DNA of 61,015 bases from assembly GCA_947628345.1 (NCBI GenBank), contig CANQZM010000002.1, positions 1 through 61,015 of the forward strand, written 5' to 3'. This document shows, piece after piece, positions 40,126-49,150 of the stretch (position 1 is its first letter; each line of letters begins with the position of its first letter). The notes under the pieces are model-generated. The model was not told where the DNA came from. It made no database searches and saw only the letters and a program-made list of their open reading frames with translations. The position numbers and the translations under genes were made by a program. This stretch comes from an uncultured Bacilli bacterium. Lineage in GTDB: Bacteria > Bacillota_I > Bacilli_A > RF39 > UBA660.

Positions 40126-40145
40126 AAAAGGAAAGGAATGATAAT

Positions 40146-42677
40146 ATGAAAAATAAATATATAAAATTATTTATAATAGCTATTATAACAATGTTCATTT
40201 CGATTGTTCCTACTTATGCTAAAGAAGTAACTTTAGAAAGTAAAGGAAATGAAAGAGATACATTTGATTTTATAATAAATAGAGAAAATCCTGATGCAGC
40301 GTATGTATATTTAATAGGAAAATATGCATTTACATCAGCACATGAAATGGGATTACAAGATATGATGTTAGCCGCAAGGAGTATACAATTAACTGAAGGA
40401 AAATTAAAAGATAAAGAAATACCTGAAAAACTTGATAATATGACAATTTACTTATTTAAACATGCAAGTGGTTCAACAGAATGGAAATCACAGATAGTAG
40501 TTGGTAAAACACAATTACCAGAAAAATTTAATGTTAAATATATTGATTATCATTATGTTAAAAAAGACAAAAAAGTAGATACGGATGAAATGGTAAAAAC
40601 AGCAATGGAAAAGATATCTACAGAGATGTTTAATGTTAAAAATGAAAAAATTTCTGAAAATGAAGTTACAATAGATATTGAAACAGAAAAATTAAAAGAA
40701 AAAATCGTAAAAGGTATGGGTTCAGGTGTATTTACTGCTTTAACTAGTTTAGTAGAAAATACAAAAGTAGAATCAATTACATTTGAATATAATGGTGTAG
40801 CACCATTAACTATTGATAGTAATAATTTAGATAGTAGTAAAATGGTAGAATGGCTTAACAATAATAGTCAAGCAATATTTGGAAAAAATGTAAGTGATTT
40901 AATATTAGCAGATTTACTAGATAGAGAATTTAAAGCTACTATTAATTTAGGAGAAAGTGAGAAAAATTCTTATGTTTCTAAAAAAAGTGCAACACCAAAT
41001 GAATCTTATACAATTAAATTTACAGGAAAAAGACAAAAAGTAGATACTGATGAAATAGCAAATGGAGCTTTTAAAGACCTAAAAAGTAGTATCTTTGATT
41101 TTGATAGTGTGACTTTTGAAAAAGGTACTGCAACAGTAAAAATACAAGACGGAAAATTACAAGAAAATATCGTAAAAGGTATGAATTCAGGGGTAACTAA
41201 GTTATTGAAAACACTAATAAGTAATGAAAATGTAGAATCAATAGATTTTATATATAATACAGGCAGTGAAGAAATTAAATATACTCTTAAGGAAAATTTT
41301 GATGAAGCAGAATTAATAAACTGGTTCAATGATAATTGCAAAAAAATATTTAATTATGAAGTTGGAGAGGCTAAAATAGTAGATTTAATAAATAAATCAT
41401 TTAAAGCAAAAATAAATTTAAAAAATTATGCGGAAAAGAAAGAAGAAAATCCAACCGAATATACAATAAAATTTGATGGTCAATTACCAGTGGTTGATTC
41501 AGAAGCAATATTAAATGATGCAATGAGTAGAGTAAATAAAAAATTTTTTGAAAAAGATGATAGTAGATCTTCAGGTCAAACCATTGTAATAAAGGTAAAA
41601 GAAATAGAGACAACAATTGAAAAAGGAATGAATTCAGGAATATATCCAATTTTAGAAAAATTATCTAAAACTCAGGGAATACAATCAGTTGATTTTTCAT
41701 ACAATGACAATGTTAAATTTACTTTAGATCATGATACGGATTTTTCAAAGATGCTTGAGTGGTTTAATCAAAATAAAAAGCAAATTTTTGAAAAAGATAC
41801 TGAAATAACATTAGCAGATTTACATAATAAAACATTTACTGTAACACTAAATGTAGGAAGAGTAGGAAAATTAAAAGATACTGATAAAAAAACATATGAA
41901 ATTAAATTATTAAAAACACATGAGGTTACATTCCATGATGATAAAGCAAAAGCACCTTTAAAAGAAAAAGAAGTAGTATCCGTTTATGATAATGAACCAA
42001 TTCCAGAGGAAGAAGTTACAAAAAGATCTAAAAGGAGTACTGATGTTGTAACTGATGTATTCTTAGGATGGTATGAGGAAATTGAAGAAGGAGAAGATAA
42101 AGAAGACAAATTCAACTTCGAAACACCAATAACTGAAGATATGGAATTAGATGCTCATTGGGGAACTAAATTTACACCAGAAGAACAACAAAAAGTAACT
42201 AAAGCTACTCAAAGTGCTTTAGATATTATTAATAGTCATAGTCATGAAGGAAAATTGAAGGTAGATGTTAGTAACGGAAAAATTATCATAACTAATATGG
42301 GAGATGATAATCCTAGTTTAGTCAGTATGCTAACTGGTTCAGGTGTTTTGACAGCTATGACGAATTTATTAGATACAAACAAAACAAATATTGTTTCGTT
42401 AACAATGAAATTTGAAAGTGATGATGTTAAGGAATCTGCTGATATAGATACAGAAGTACTTGATGACCCTTATAAATTTGTAGCTTCATTTGATGATATA
42501 TATAAAAAAGTAATGGGCAGATCAGAAGTAGAAGGAATGTTAATAACTAGTGCAACTTGGAAAGATTTATCATCATTTATTAATAATTTAAAAGTTAAAG
42601 TAAATCTTAAAGATGGAAAAGTATTTGATGATGAAAACAACGGTGAATATACATTTGAACTAAAGAATAAACAATAG
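40146..42677 (+). CDS. Secreted 843-aa protein built from four copies of an uncharacterised ~140-aa module
   Basis: Signal peptide MKNKYIKLFIIAIITMFISIVPTYA. Repeated VDTDE...KGM(G/N)SG...ES(I/V)xF...W(L/F)N...INL...YTIKF units. One Listeria-Bacteroides-like repeat (FLGWYEE...DAHW). Confidence 0.6.
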   Translation: MKNKYIKLFIIAIITMFISIVPTYAKEVTLESKGNERDTFDFIINRENPDAAYVYLIGKYAFTSAHEMGLQDMMLAARSIQLTEGKLKDKEIPEKLDNMTIYLFKHASGSTEWKSQIVVGKTQLPEKFNVKYIDYHYVKKDKKVDTDEMVKTAMEKISTEMFNVKNEKISENEVTIDIETEKLKEKIVKGMGSGVFTALTSLVENTKVESITFEYNGVAPLTIDSNNLDSSKMVEWLNNNSQAIFGKNVSDLILADLLDREFKATINLGESEKNSYVSKKSATPNESYTIKFTGKRQKVDTDEIANGAFKDLKSSIFDFDSVTFEKGTATVKIQDGKLQENIVKGMNSGVTKLLKTLISNENVESIDFIYNTGSEEIKYTLKENFDEAELINWFNDNCKKIFNYEVGEAKIVDLINKSFKAKINLKNYAEKKEENPTEYTIKFDGQLPVVDSEAILNDAMSRVNKKFFEKDDSRSSGQTIVIKVKEIETTIEKGMNSGIYPILEKLSKTQGIQSVDFSYNDNVKFTLDHDTDFSKMLEWFNQNKKQIFEKDTEITLADLHNKTFTVTLNVGRVGKLKDTDKKTYEIKLLKTHEVTFHDDKAKAPLKEKEVVSVYDNEPIPEEEVTKRSKRSTDVVTDVFLGWYEEIEEGEDKEDKFNFETPITEDMELDAHWGTKFTPEEQQKVTKATQSALDIINSHSHEGKLKVDVSNGKIIITNMGDDNPSLVSMLTGSGVLTAMTNLLDTNKTNIVSLTMKFESDDVKESADIDTEVLDDPYKFVASFDDIYKKVMGRSEVEGMLITSATWKDLSSFINNLKVKVNLKDGKVFDDENNGEYTFELKNKQ

Positions 42678-42716
42678 CGTTAATGATAGTTTAAATTAGT
42701 TATAATTGAAATATTT

Positions 42717-42739
42717 AGGATGATTTTAATCATCCTTTT
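42717..42739 (+). terminator. Intrinsic terminator
   Basis: AGGATGAT-ttta-ATCATCCT followed by TTT. Confidence 0.65.
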
Positions 42740-42773
42740 ATAGTGCTTTAATGTAAATAAATAATAGATAAAT

Positions 42774-42797
42774 AAAAAAGGTAGTATTACCTTTTTT
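42774..42797 (+). terminator. Second intrinsic terminator
   Basis: AAAAAGGTA-gtat-TACCTTTTTT. Confidence 0.6.
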
Positions 42798-43031
42798 ATT
42801 TATACAATACATAGTACGATAGGTTATTATGTATTTTTTGTGATAGAAGTATAATAATAGGTCAAAAAAAGGCGAGAAAATATTGATAGAATTAAAGAAG
42901 TTATTAAAAGAAAAGAAAAATATGAAATCTACTTTTCTGCAACAGGAAGGAATGTTAAATGAAAAAATATATTCAATTTAAGTTCTTTTTTATAACTTAA
43001 CTTAATATTTTTAAATGAGAGGAGGTAAATT

Positions 43032-43223
43032 TTGTTAACAACACAATTATATACTAATGTGATGGAGTTACCGAAAGAGTACCAAATTTTGAATTTAAGA
43101 ATGTTGCTTAATAAAGAACTTTATGAAAAAAAAATTATAACATTTGATATCTTCGATAAAATGGAAAAATTACTTATAAAAAAGATGAATAAAATTATCC
43201 TAGAAAATACTAAAGAATACTAA
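43032..43223 (+). CDS. 63-aa protein directly upstream of the recombinase; candidate accessory or directionality factor
   Basis: TTG start behind GAGAGGAGG. Its end lies 17 nt before the recombinase ATG. The helical K/E-rich C-terminus (ELYEKKIITFDIFDKMEKLLIKKM) looks SHOCT-like by eye. Confidence 0.5.
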   Translation: MLTTQLYTNVMELPKEYQILNLRMLLNKELYEKKIITFDIFDKMEKLLIKKMNKIILENTKEY

Positions 43224-43240
43224 TATTAGGAGGACTACAT

Positions 43241-44923
43241 ATGGATATTATACAAGCAAGACAACAATTATTATTGGGAACAACGATTTATGATATGAAC
43301 TTAAGAGTGGCTGATTATGGTAGGGTTTCAACAGATAAAGATGATCAATTAAATTCATTAGAAAACCAAATTAATTATTTCAGTGATATGATTTCTGGTG
43401 TAAAAAAGTGGACACATGTAAAAAGTTATAGTGATGAGGGTCTTTCTGGTACTCAAGTTACTAAAAGAGAACAATTTCTGAAAATGATTGAAGATGCAAG
43501 ACTAGGTAAAATTGATTTAATTCTTACCAAGGAAGTTTCACGTTTTGCCCGTAATACAGTAGATAGTATAAAATATACTCAACTTCTCTTAAAGTATGGT
43601 GTAATTGTATTTTTTATTTCTGATAATATAAATACAATTTATCCAGATAGTGAATTTAGATTAACTTTAATGGCTTCAATGGCCCAAGATGAGGTAAGAA
43701 AATTATCTGAAAGAGTTAAATTTGGTATAAAAAGAAGTATTAAAGATGGAAAATTAGGTGGTGGTGCACTTACTGGATATAATAAAAAAGATGGGAAATT
43801 GGTTATCAATGAAAAAGAAGCTCCTATAATTAAAATGCTTTTTTCCCTATATGCGACTGGAAATTATGGATTTACTAAAATAGGAGAAGAATTAGCTAAA
43901 CATGGTTATTATACAAAAAAAGGTAAAATATTTAGTAATACTACTTTAAAGAAAATGTTAAAAAATTATAGATATAAAGGATATTATACAGCTAATTTAA
44001 GTACAGTAGAAGATTATAAAACGCACAAGAAAAGGTTTAATCCAAAAGAAGAGTGGATTATCTATAAAGATAAAACTGGTAACATTCCAGCTATTGTATC
44101 AGAGGAATTATGGGATAAGGCAAATATTATATTGGAAGAGAGGAGCAAAGTTTGGAATAAAAACGTATTAAACCAGGAATTTTATTTAAAAAATAGAACT
44201 TATACATCGAAATTATTTTGTAGTGAACATAATACTACGTTTATTAGATCTGCAACTGGAAAAAGAAAAAATAATCCTGTATGGCAATGTAATGAATATT
44301 TAAGACACGGGATTAAAGGTTGTAAAACTCCAATATTATCTGAAAAATATTTAGATCAAATTTTTACAGCAATTATAGAAAAAATTATAGATGATAAGGA
44401 TCAACTATTAGATATAATTTTGAATGATTATATTAATTTAATAAAAGAAAAAAATAAAAAAATTGATAATGAGGATCTTAATCATAAAATAAAAGAAAAG
44501 GAAATAATTAAGGAAAGATTACTTGATATGTCTTTGAAAAACATTATAAGTTATGAAGAATTTATTAATAAAGATCAAAAAATAAATTCTGAATTACTTA
44601 ACTTAAAAACAAAATTAATTAAATCAAGAGACAAAGAAAATAATTTAACTTATAAAAAAAATATAAGGGATATATTAAAAAAAGAACTAAAAAAACAAAT
44701 GAATATAAAAACTAATATAGGTAAATATTTTAATTTATTTGTAAGTAAAGTAATTGTAAGTAAAATAAATGATAATAGAAAACATTTAAAATTACAAATT
44801 ATTTTTAATTTTAAGAAGAATTATGAAGAAATAGAAATTAATTTAAATCAGAACAATATTTACTATACTAATAAAAAAGTATCTCTTGTTGACAATCAAG
44901 GAACCCAGGGTTTGTTAAATTAG
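43241..44923 (+). CDS. Large serine recombinase (SpoIVCA/SprA/TnpX class)
   Basis: Resolvase catalytic domain with YGRVSTDKDDQLNSLENQ, a recombinase domain, a zinc-ribbon Cys cluster (CSEHN...WQCNEY...GCKT) and a coiled-coil tail. The stop at 44921-44923 lies beyond the attR core. Confidence 0.9.
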   Translation: MDIIQARQQLLLGTTIYDMNLRVADYGRVSTDKDDQLNSLENQINYFSDMISGVKKWTHVKSYSDEGLSGTQVTKREQFLKMIEDARLGKIDLILTKEVSRFARNTVDSIKYTQLLLKYGVIVFFISDNINTIYPDSEFRLTLMASMAQDEVRKLSERVKFGIKRSIKDGKLGGGALTGYNKKDGKLVINEKEAPIIKMLFSLYATGNYGFTKIGEELAKHGYYTKKGKIFSNTTLKKMLKNYRYKGYYTANLSTVEDYKTHKKRFNPKEEWIIYKDKTGNIPAIVSEELWDKANIILEERSKVWNKNVLNQEFYLKNRTYTSKLFCSEHNTTFIRSATGKRKNNPVWQCNEYLRHGIKGCKTPILSEKYLDQIFTAIIEKIIDDKDQLLDIILNDYINLIKEKNKKIDNEDLNHKIKEKEIIKERLLDMSLKNIISYEEFINKDQKINSELLNLKTKLIKSRDKENNLTYKKNIRDILKKELKKQMNIKTNIGKYFNLFVSKVIVSKINDNRKHLKLQIIFNFKKNYEEIEINLNQNNIYYTNKKVSLVDNQGTQGLLN

Positions 44924-45762
44924 GTCAATTGTTGGGTAAAGAAAAATTATTTTCATATATTGATAAATTTGGGTTTGGTAAAAAAACTAATATTGATTTA
45001 ACCGGAGAAGCAAATGGTATTATCTTTTCATTAGATCGAGTAGGAAATGTGGAACTTTCAACAACTGCATTTGGTCAAGGAGTAAGTGTAACACCAATTC
45101 AACAAGTGACAGCTATTTCATCAGTAGTTAATGGAGGATATTTATATCAACCTTATATTTTGAAATCAATTAATGAAAATATTTCTAATAATATAATAGA
45201 AGAAAAATATAAACATTTAGTAAGGCGAACTATTAGTAAAGAAACTTCAGCCATCATGAGAAAAGCTTTAGAAAGTGTTGTTGCCGTAGGTGGAGGTAAA
45301 GCTGCTTATATTGATGGTTATAGAATTGGTGGTAAAACTGGAACAGCCCAAAAAGTAAAAGATGGTAAATATTTAGTCAATAATTATATTATGTCATTTG
45401 TAGCTATTGTCCCATCTAATAATCCTGAAGCAGTTTTATATTTAGCTATTGATAATCCTAAAAATACAGCTCTTTTATCTAGTTATACTACTACTCCGAT
45501 AGCTAGAAGAATTTTATTAGATATTATTGATATTTTGGGAATTGAAAAACAAGAAGGAGGTTTAGCAAAAGACTTAGATTATACTGATAAAATTATGTAT
45601 GAAGTTCCCAATGTAGTAGGCATGAAAGTAAAAGATGCCAAAAAAATGTTAGTAAATTTTCAATTGGAATATTCAGGTAGTGGAGATTATATTGCTTCTC
45701 AATCACCAGAAGCTTTTGAAAAATTAGAAGATCAGGGAACTGTTAGATTATTACTAAAATAG
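44905..45762 (+). pseudogene. spoVD: 3' segment of the split spoVD-like PBP gene
   Basis: The frame is open from 44902 (N PGFVKLGQLLGKEKLFSYIDKFGFG). KTG (GGKTGTAQ) and a single C-terminal PASTA domain (YEVPNVVGMKVKDAKKML...). Confidence 0.85.
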
Positions 45763-45939
45763 GGCTAGATTGGACAGATTAAAGTTAAGATAAAATAAAT
45801 TTTTATTGACATAATGTGGCTTAAAAATTTATACTAATAATGTGTTTAGAATATTAATAATTAAGTTTTTAATAAATAAAGGAATAAGATAGTTTGTTGT
45901 TTTAAACTAATTTATTAGAACAAAAAGAGGTAATACTAT

Positions 45940-46392
45940 ATGAAAAAAGATAAAGCCACGATTTTTATTAAAAAAATATTAAAAATGCTACATATTAAAG
46001 TTAATAAAAATATTGAGAATCTAATTATCCAAATATTTAAATTTGGTATTGTAGGTGGGACTGCATTTATAATTGATTTTGTATGTTTATATATATTTAA
46101 AGAAATTGTACACCTACCACTGTTAGTTGCTAATACATTATCATTTACTGTATCAGTAATATATAACTATATTGCAAGTGTTAAATGGGTCTTTGATGTT
46201 AATAATGAAAAAAGTAAGAAAAAGCAATTTATAATTTTTATAATATTTAGTGTTATAGGTCTTATTATAAACGATATTATTATGTTAATAGGGGAAGATT
46301 TTCTTCATATATATTATTTAATTGTTAAGATTATTGCGACTGCTATAGTTATGGTATTTAATTTTATAACTAGAAAAATGTTTTTAGAATGA
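45940..46392 (+). CDS. GtrA family membrane protein
   Basis: Four TM segments with the FKFGIVGGTAFIIDF opening typical of GtrA-like proteins. Confidence 0.75.
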   Translation: MKKDKATIFIKKILKMLHIKVNKNIENLIIQIFKFGIVGGTAFIIDFVCLYIFKEIVHLPLLVANTLSFTVSVIYNYIASVKWVFDVNNEKSKKKQFIIFIIFSVIGLIINDIIMLIGEDFLHIYYLIVKIIATAIVMVFNFITRKMFLE

Positions 46393-46506
46393 TATAAGTT
46401 TATTAATTAGTTTTATTTTATTGTAAAATTTTGTCTAAGTTTTGGTTTTTTGGACTATTATTTAAGTAATTATGATATACTATTGCAAGAGAATGGAGTG
46501 AAAAAA

Positions 46507-47487
46507 ATGTTATTACTAACAAAAGCGATTTTTGCTATTATGATAGGTTTTTTATTCTCAGTAGTATTAGGTCTTTTTCTAGTACCTTTATTTAAAAAAT
46601 TAAATGTTGGGCAAAATATTAGTATTTTTGTAGGAGAAGCTCATCGAAAAAAAGCAGGAACTCCTACTTTTGGTGGATTAATTTTTATTATTCCAACCGT
46701 TGTGATAACTTTAGGTCTTTTAATTACTCATAAGATACCATATACCTCTAATTTGGGTATTGTCTTATTAGTATTTGTTGGTTATGGATTGATAGGTTTT
46801 TTAGATGATTATTTATCAATTAAACATCATGATAATGAGGGATTATCTACTTATCAAAAATTATTTTTACAAGTTTTAATCGCAGTGGGCTTTTTCTATA
46901 TTTATATGAAAAATGGTGGACAAACATCATGGGTTGTTGGAACTTTACATATCGATATGGAAATGGGTTGGCTCTATGGGTTATTTATCTTATTGATACT
47001 AGTTGGTTCTTCAAATGCGGTTAACTTAACAGATGGCTTAGATGGATTAGCCGGAGGACTTTCAGCAATTGCTTTTGTAGCTTTTAGTTTGGTTTCACTA
47101 ATGGTTGGTTTTGAAGACATTGGAATATTCACTTTAATTTTGGTAGGTAGTATTGTTGGATTCTTAGTTTTTAACACACATCCAGCCAAGATATTTATGG
47201 GTGATACTGGTAGCTTGGCTTTAGGTGGTTTAATGGGAACAATTGCTATTTTAGCTCATCGTGAGTTAACACTATTAGTAGTTGCTGGAGTATTTGTTAT
47301 TGAAACTTTAAGTGTTATTATTCAAGTTTTTTGGGTACAAATATTTCATAAAAAGTTATTTCTAATGACACCATTACATCATCATTTTGAAAAGTTGGGT
47401 TGGGTTGAAACAGATATTGTTAAATTATTTTGGGTTTTTGGACTTGTTTTAGCAATGGCTGGCATAATTTTTGGAGTTTGGTTATAA
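46507..47487 (+). CDS. mraY: Phospho-N-acetylmuramoyl-pentapeptide transferase
   Basis: NAVNLTDGLDGLA, MGDTGSLALGG and PLHHHFE. ATG 46507 follows GGAGTG. Confidence 0.95.
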   Translation: MLLLTKAIFAIMIGFLFSVVLGLFLVPLFKKLNVGQNISIFVGEAHRKKAGTPTFGGLIFIIPTVVITLGLLITHKIPYTSNLGIVLLVFVGYGLIGFLDDYLSIKHHDNEGLSTYQKLFLQVLIAVGFFYIYMKNGGQTSWVVGTLHIDMEMGWLYGLFILLILVGSSNAVNLTDGLDGLAGGLSAIAFVAFSLVSLMVGFEDIGIFTLILVGSIVGFLVFNTHPAKIFMGDTGSLALGGLMGTIAILAHRELTLLVVAGVFVIETLSVIIQVFWVQIFHKKLFLMTPLHHHFEKLGWVETDIVKLFWVFGLVLAMAGIIFGVWL

Positions 47488-47538
47488 TAAAAGTAATTTC
47501 ATAATTACTTTTTATATTTAAAAGAAATGGAGAAATAT

Positions 47539-49122
47539 ATGGAAAAAAGACAAGTTGTGTTAGTAATAATGGATGGAGTAGGATATAGTAAAAATAGTTA
47601 TGGGAATGCTGTTATGAATGCCAATACTCCTAATTTAGATATGCTTATGAAAAATTATCCTAATACTTTAATTAAAGCTCATGGCTCAGCTGTAGGCTTA
47701 CCAACAGACGATGATATGGGAAATAGTGAAGTAGGGCATAATGCTATGGGATGTGGTCAAATTTATGCTCAAGGAGCAAAATTAGTAGATGAAGCACTTA
47801 AAACCAAAAAATTATTTGAAGGTAAAACTTGGAATGAATTAGTTAATTATTGTAAAGATAATAATACTATGCACTTTATTGGAGTGCTTTCAGATGGCAA
47901 TGTTCATTCACATATTAATCATTTATTAACGCTTTTAGAACAAAGTAAAAAAGAAGGAATAAAAAGAGTACGTGTTCATATTTTACTTGATGGAAGAGAT
48001 GTTGATAAATTAAGTGCATTAAAATATGTTGATATTTTAGAACAAAAATTAACCCTATTAAATGATGATAATTTTGATGGAATGATCGCAAGTGGTGGAG
48101 GAAGAATGAAAATTACCATGGACCGTTATGAAGCTAACTGGGATATGGTAAGATTAGGTTGGCAAACTCATGTTTTAGGAGAAGGTAGACAATTTGGTAA
48201 TGCCAAAGAAGCCATTGAAATATTACGTAAAGAAACAAACGCTATTGATCAAGATTTAGATCCATTTGTAATTGCTAAAAATAATATACCTGTAGGTACA
48301 ATTGAAGATGGTGATAGTGTTATTTTATTTAATTTTAGAGGAGATCGTGCTTTAGAATTATCTCGTTGTTTTGATGAAGAAAATTTTGATAAATTTGATC
48401 GAATCAGATATCCAAAAGTTATGTATGCAGGAATACTTGAATATGATGCTGATTTAAAAATTCCGAAAAGATATTTAACTGACCCACCTCAAATTACTAA
48501 TACTTTAACCGAGCAATTATGTAAGTATAATATTAAGGAGTATGCCGTTAGTGAAACTCAAAAATTTGGACATGTTACTTATTTTTGGAATGGTAATAGA
48601 ATTGAAAAATTTAATGAGGAATTAGAAACTTATGAAGAAGTAGATAGTGATGATGTATCATTATTTGAAAAAAAACCAGAAATGAAATCTTATGAAATTA
48701 CGCAAAAATTGATAGATGCAATTTTATCTAAAAAATATGATTTTTTAAGACTTAATTTTCCAAATGGTGATATGGTTGGTCATACTGGGAATTATCTTCA
48801 AACTATAAAGGGTATTGAAGCAGTTGACAATAATTTAGGAAAAATAATGGCTACAGTTGACGAAGTCGGTGGTATTTTAATAGTATTGGCCGATCACGGT
48901 AATGCTGAAGAAATGTATAATTTAAATAATGATCAGAAAGAGGCAAAGACATCTCACACTACTAATCCAGTTCCATTTATTATTTATGGACAAAATATTG
49001 ATAATATTAAATTAAAAGAGGGATCATTTGGTCTTGCTAATGTGGCATCCACTGTTACCACATTATTAGATGTTCCTCAAAATGAGAAATGGCTTGAATC
49101 AATAGTTATTAAAACAAAATAA
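47539..49122 (+). CDS. gpmI: 2,3-bisphosphoglycerate-independent phosphoglycerate mutase
   Basis: VLVIMDGVG, MGNSEVGHNAMG and DMVGHTG...LADHGNAE. ATG 47539 follows GGAG. Confidence 0.9.
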   Translation: MEKRQVVLVIMDGVGYSKNSYGNAVMNANTPNLDMLMKNYPNTLIKAHGSAVGLPTDDDMGNSEVGHNAMGCGQIYAQGAKLVDEALKTKKLFEGKTWNELVNYCKDNNTMHFIGVLSDGNVHSHINHLLTLLEQSKKEGIKRVRVHILLDGRDVDKLSALKYVDILEQKLTLLNDDNFDGMIASGGGRMKITMDRYEANWDMVRLGWQTHVLGEGRQFGNAKEAIEILRKETNAIDQDLDPFVIAKNNIPVGTIEDGDSVILFNFRGDRALELSRCFDEENFDKFDRIRYPKVMYAGILEYDADLKIPKRYLTDPPQITNTLTEQLCKYNIKEYAVSETQKFGHVTYFWNGNRIEKFNEELETYEEVDSDDVSLFEKKPEMKSYEITQKLIDAILSKKYDFLRLNFPNGDMVGHTGNYLQTIKGIEAVDNNLGKIMATVDEVGGILIVLADHGNAEEMYNLNNDQKEAKTSHTTNPVPFIIYGQNIDNIKLKEGSFGLANVASTVTTLLDVPQNEKWLESIVIKTK

Positions 49123-49150
49123 AATTTTAGATATACTCTAAAATTTTTTT
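49121..49150. terminator. Bidirectional terminator between convergent genes
   Basis: AAAATTTTAGA-tatac-TCTAAAATTTT followed by TTT. Confidence 0.6.

Larger units (their letters stand above)
38906..44903 (+). mobile_element. About 6.0 kb integrative/intervening element bounded by the AACC core, encoding a large serine recombinase
   Basis: AACC occurs at 38904-38907 and 44902-44905. Removing the interval restores ...QNSCN|PGFVKLGQLLGKEKL.... The recombinase gene sits at the right end. Boundaries are good to about 2 bp. Confidence 0.8.

Noticed and set aside
39429-41649. Minus-strand ORFs within the element cargo genes (39429-39899, 40553-40861, 41006-41341, 41401-41649).
   Set aside because: They are antisense shadows of repeat-rich K/E/T-rich genes. 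They have no start context and no independent motifs.
42883-42981. 32-aa TTG-initiated ORF (LIELKKLLKEKKNMKSTFLQQEGMLNEKIYSI) between the cargo terminators and the 63-aa ORF. I considered it as a possible Xis/RDF.
   Set aside because: It has a weak RBS, a non-ATG start and no recognisable motif. It cannot be told apart from chance in AT-rich DNA.
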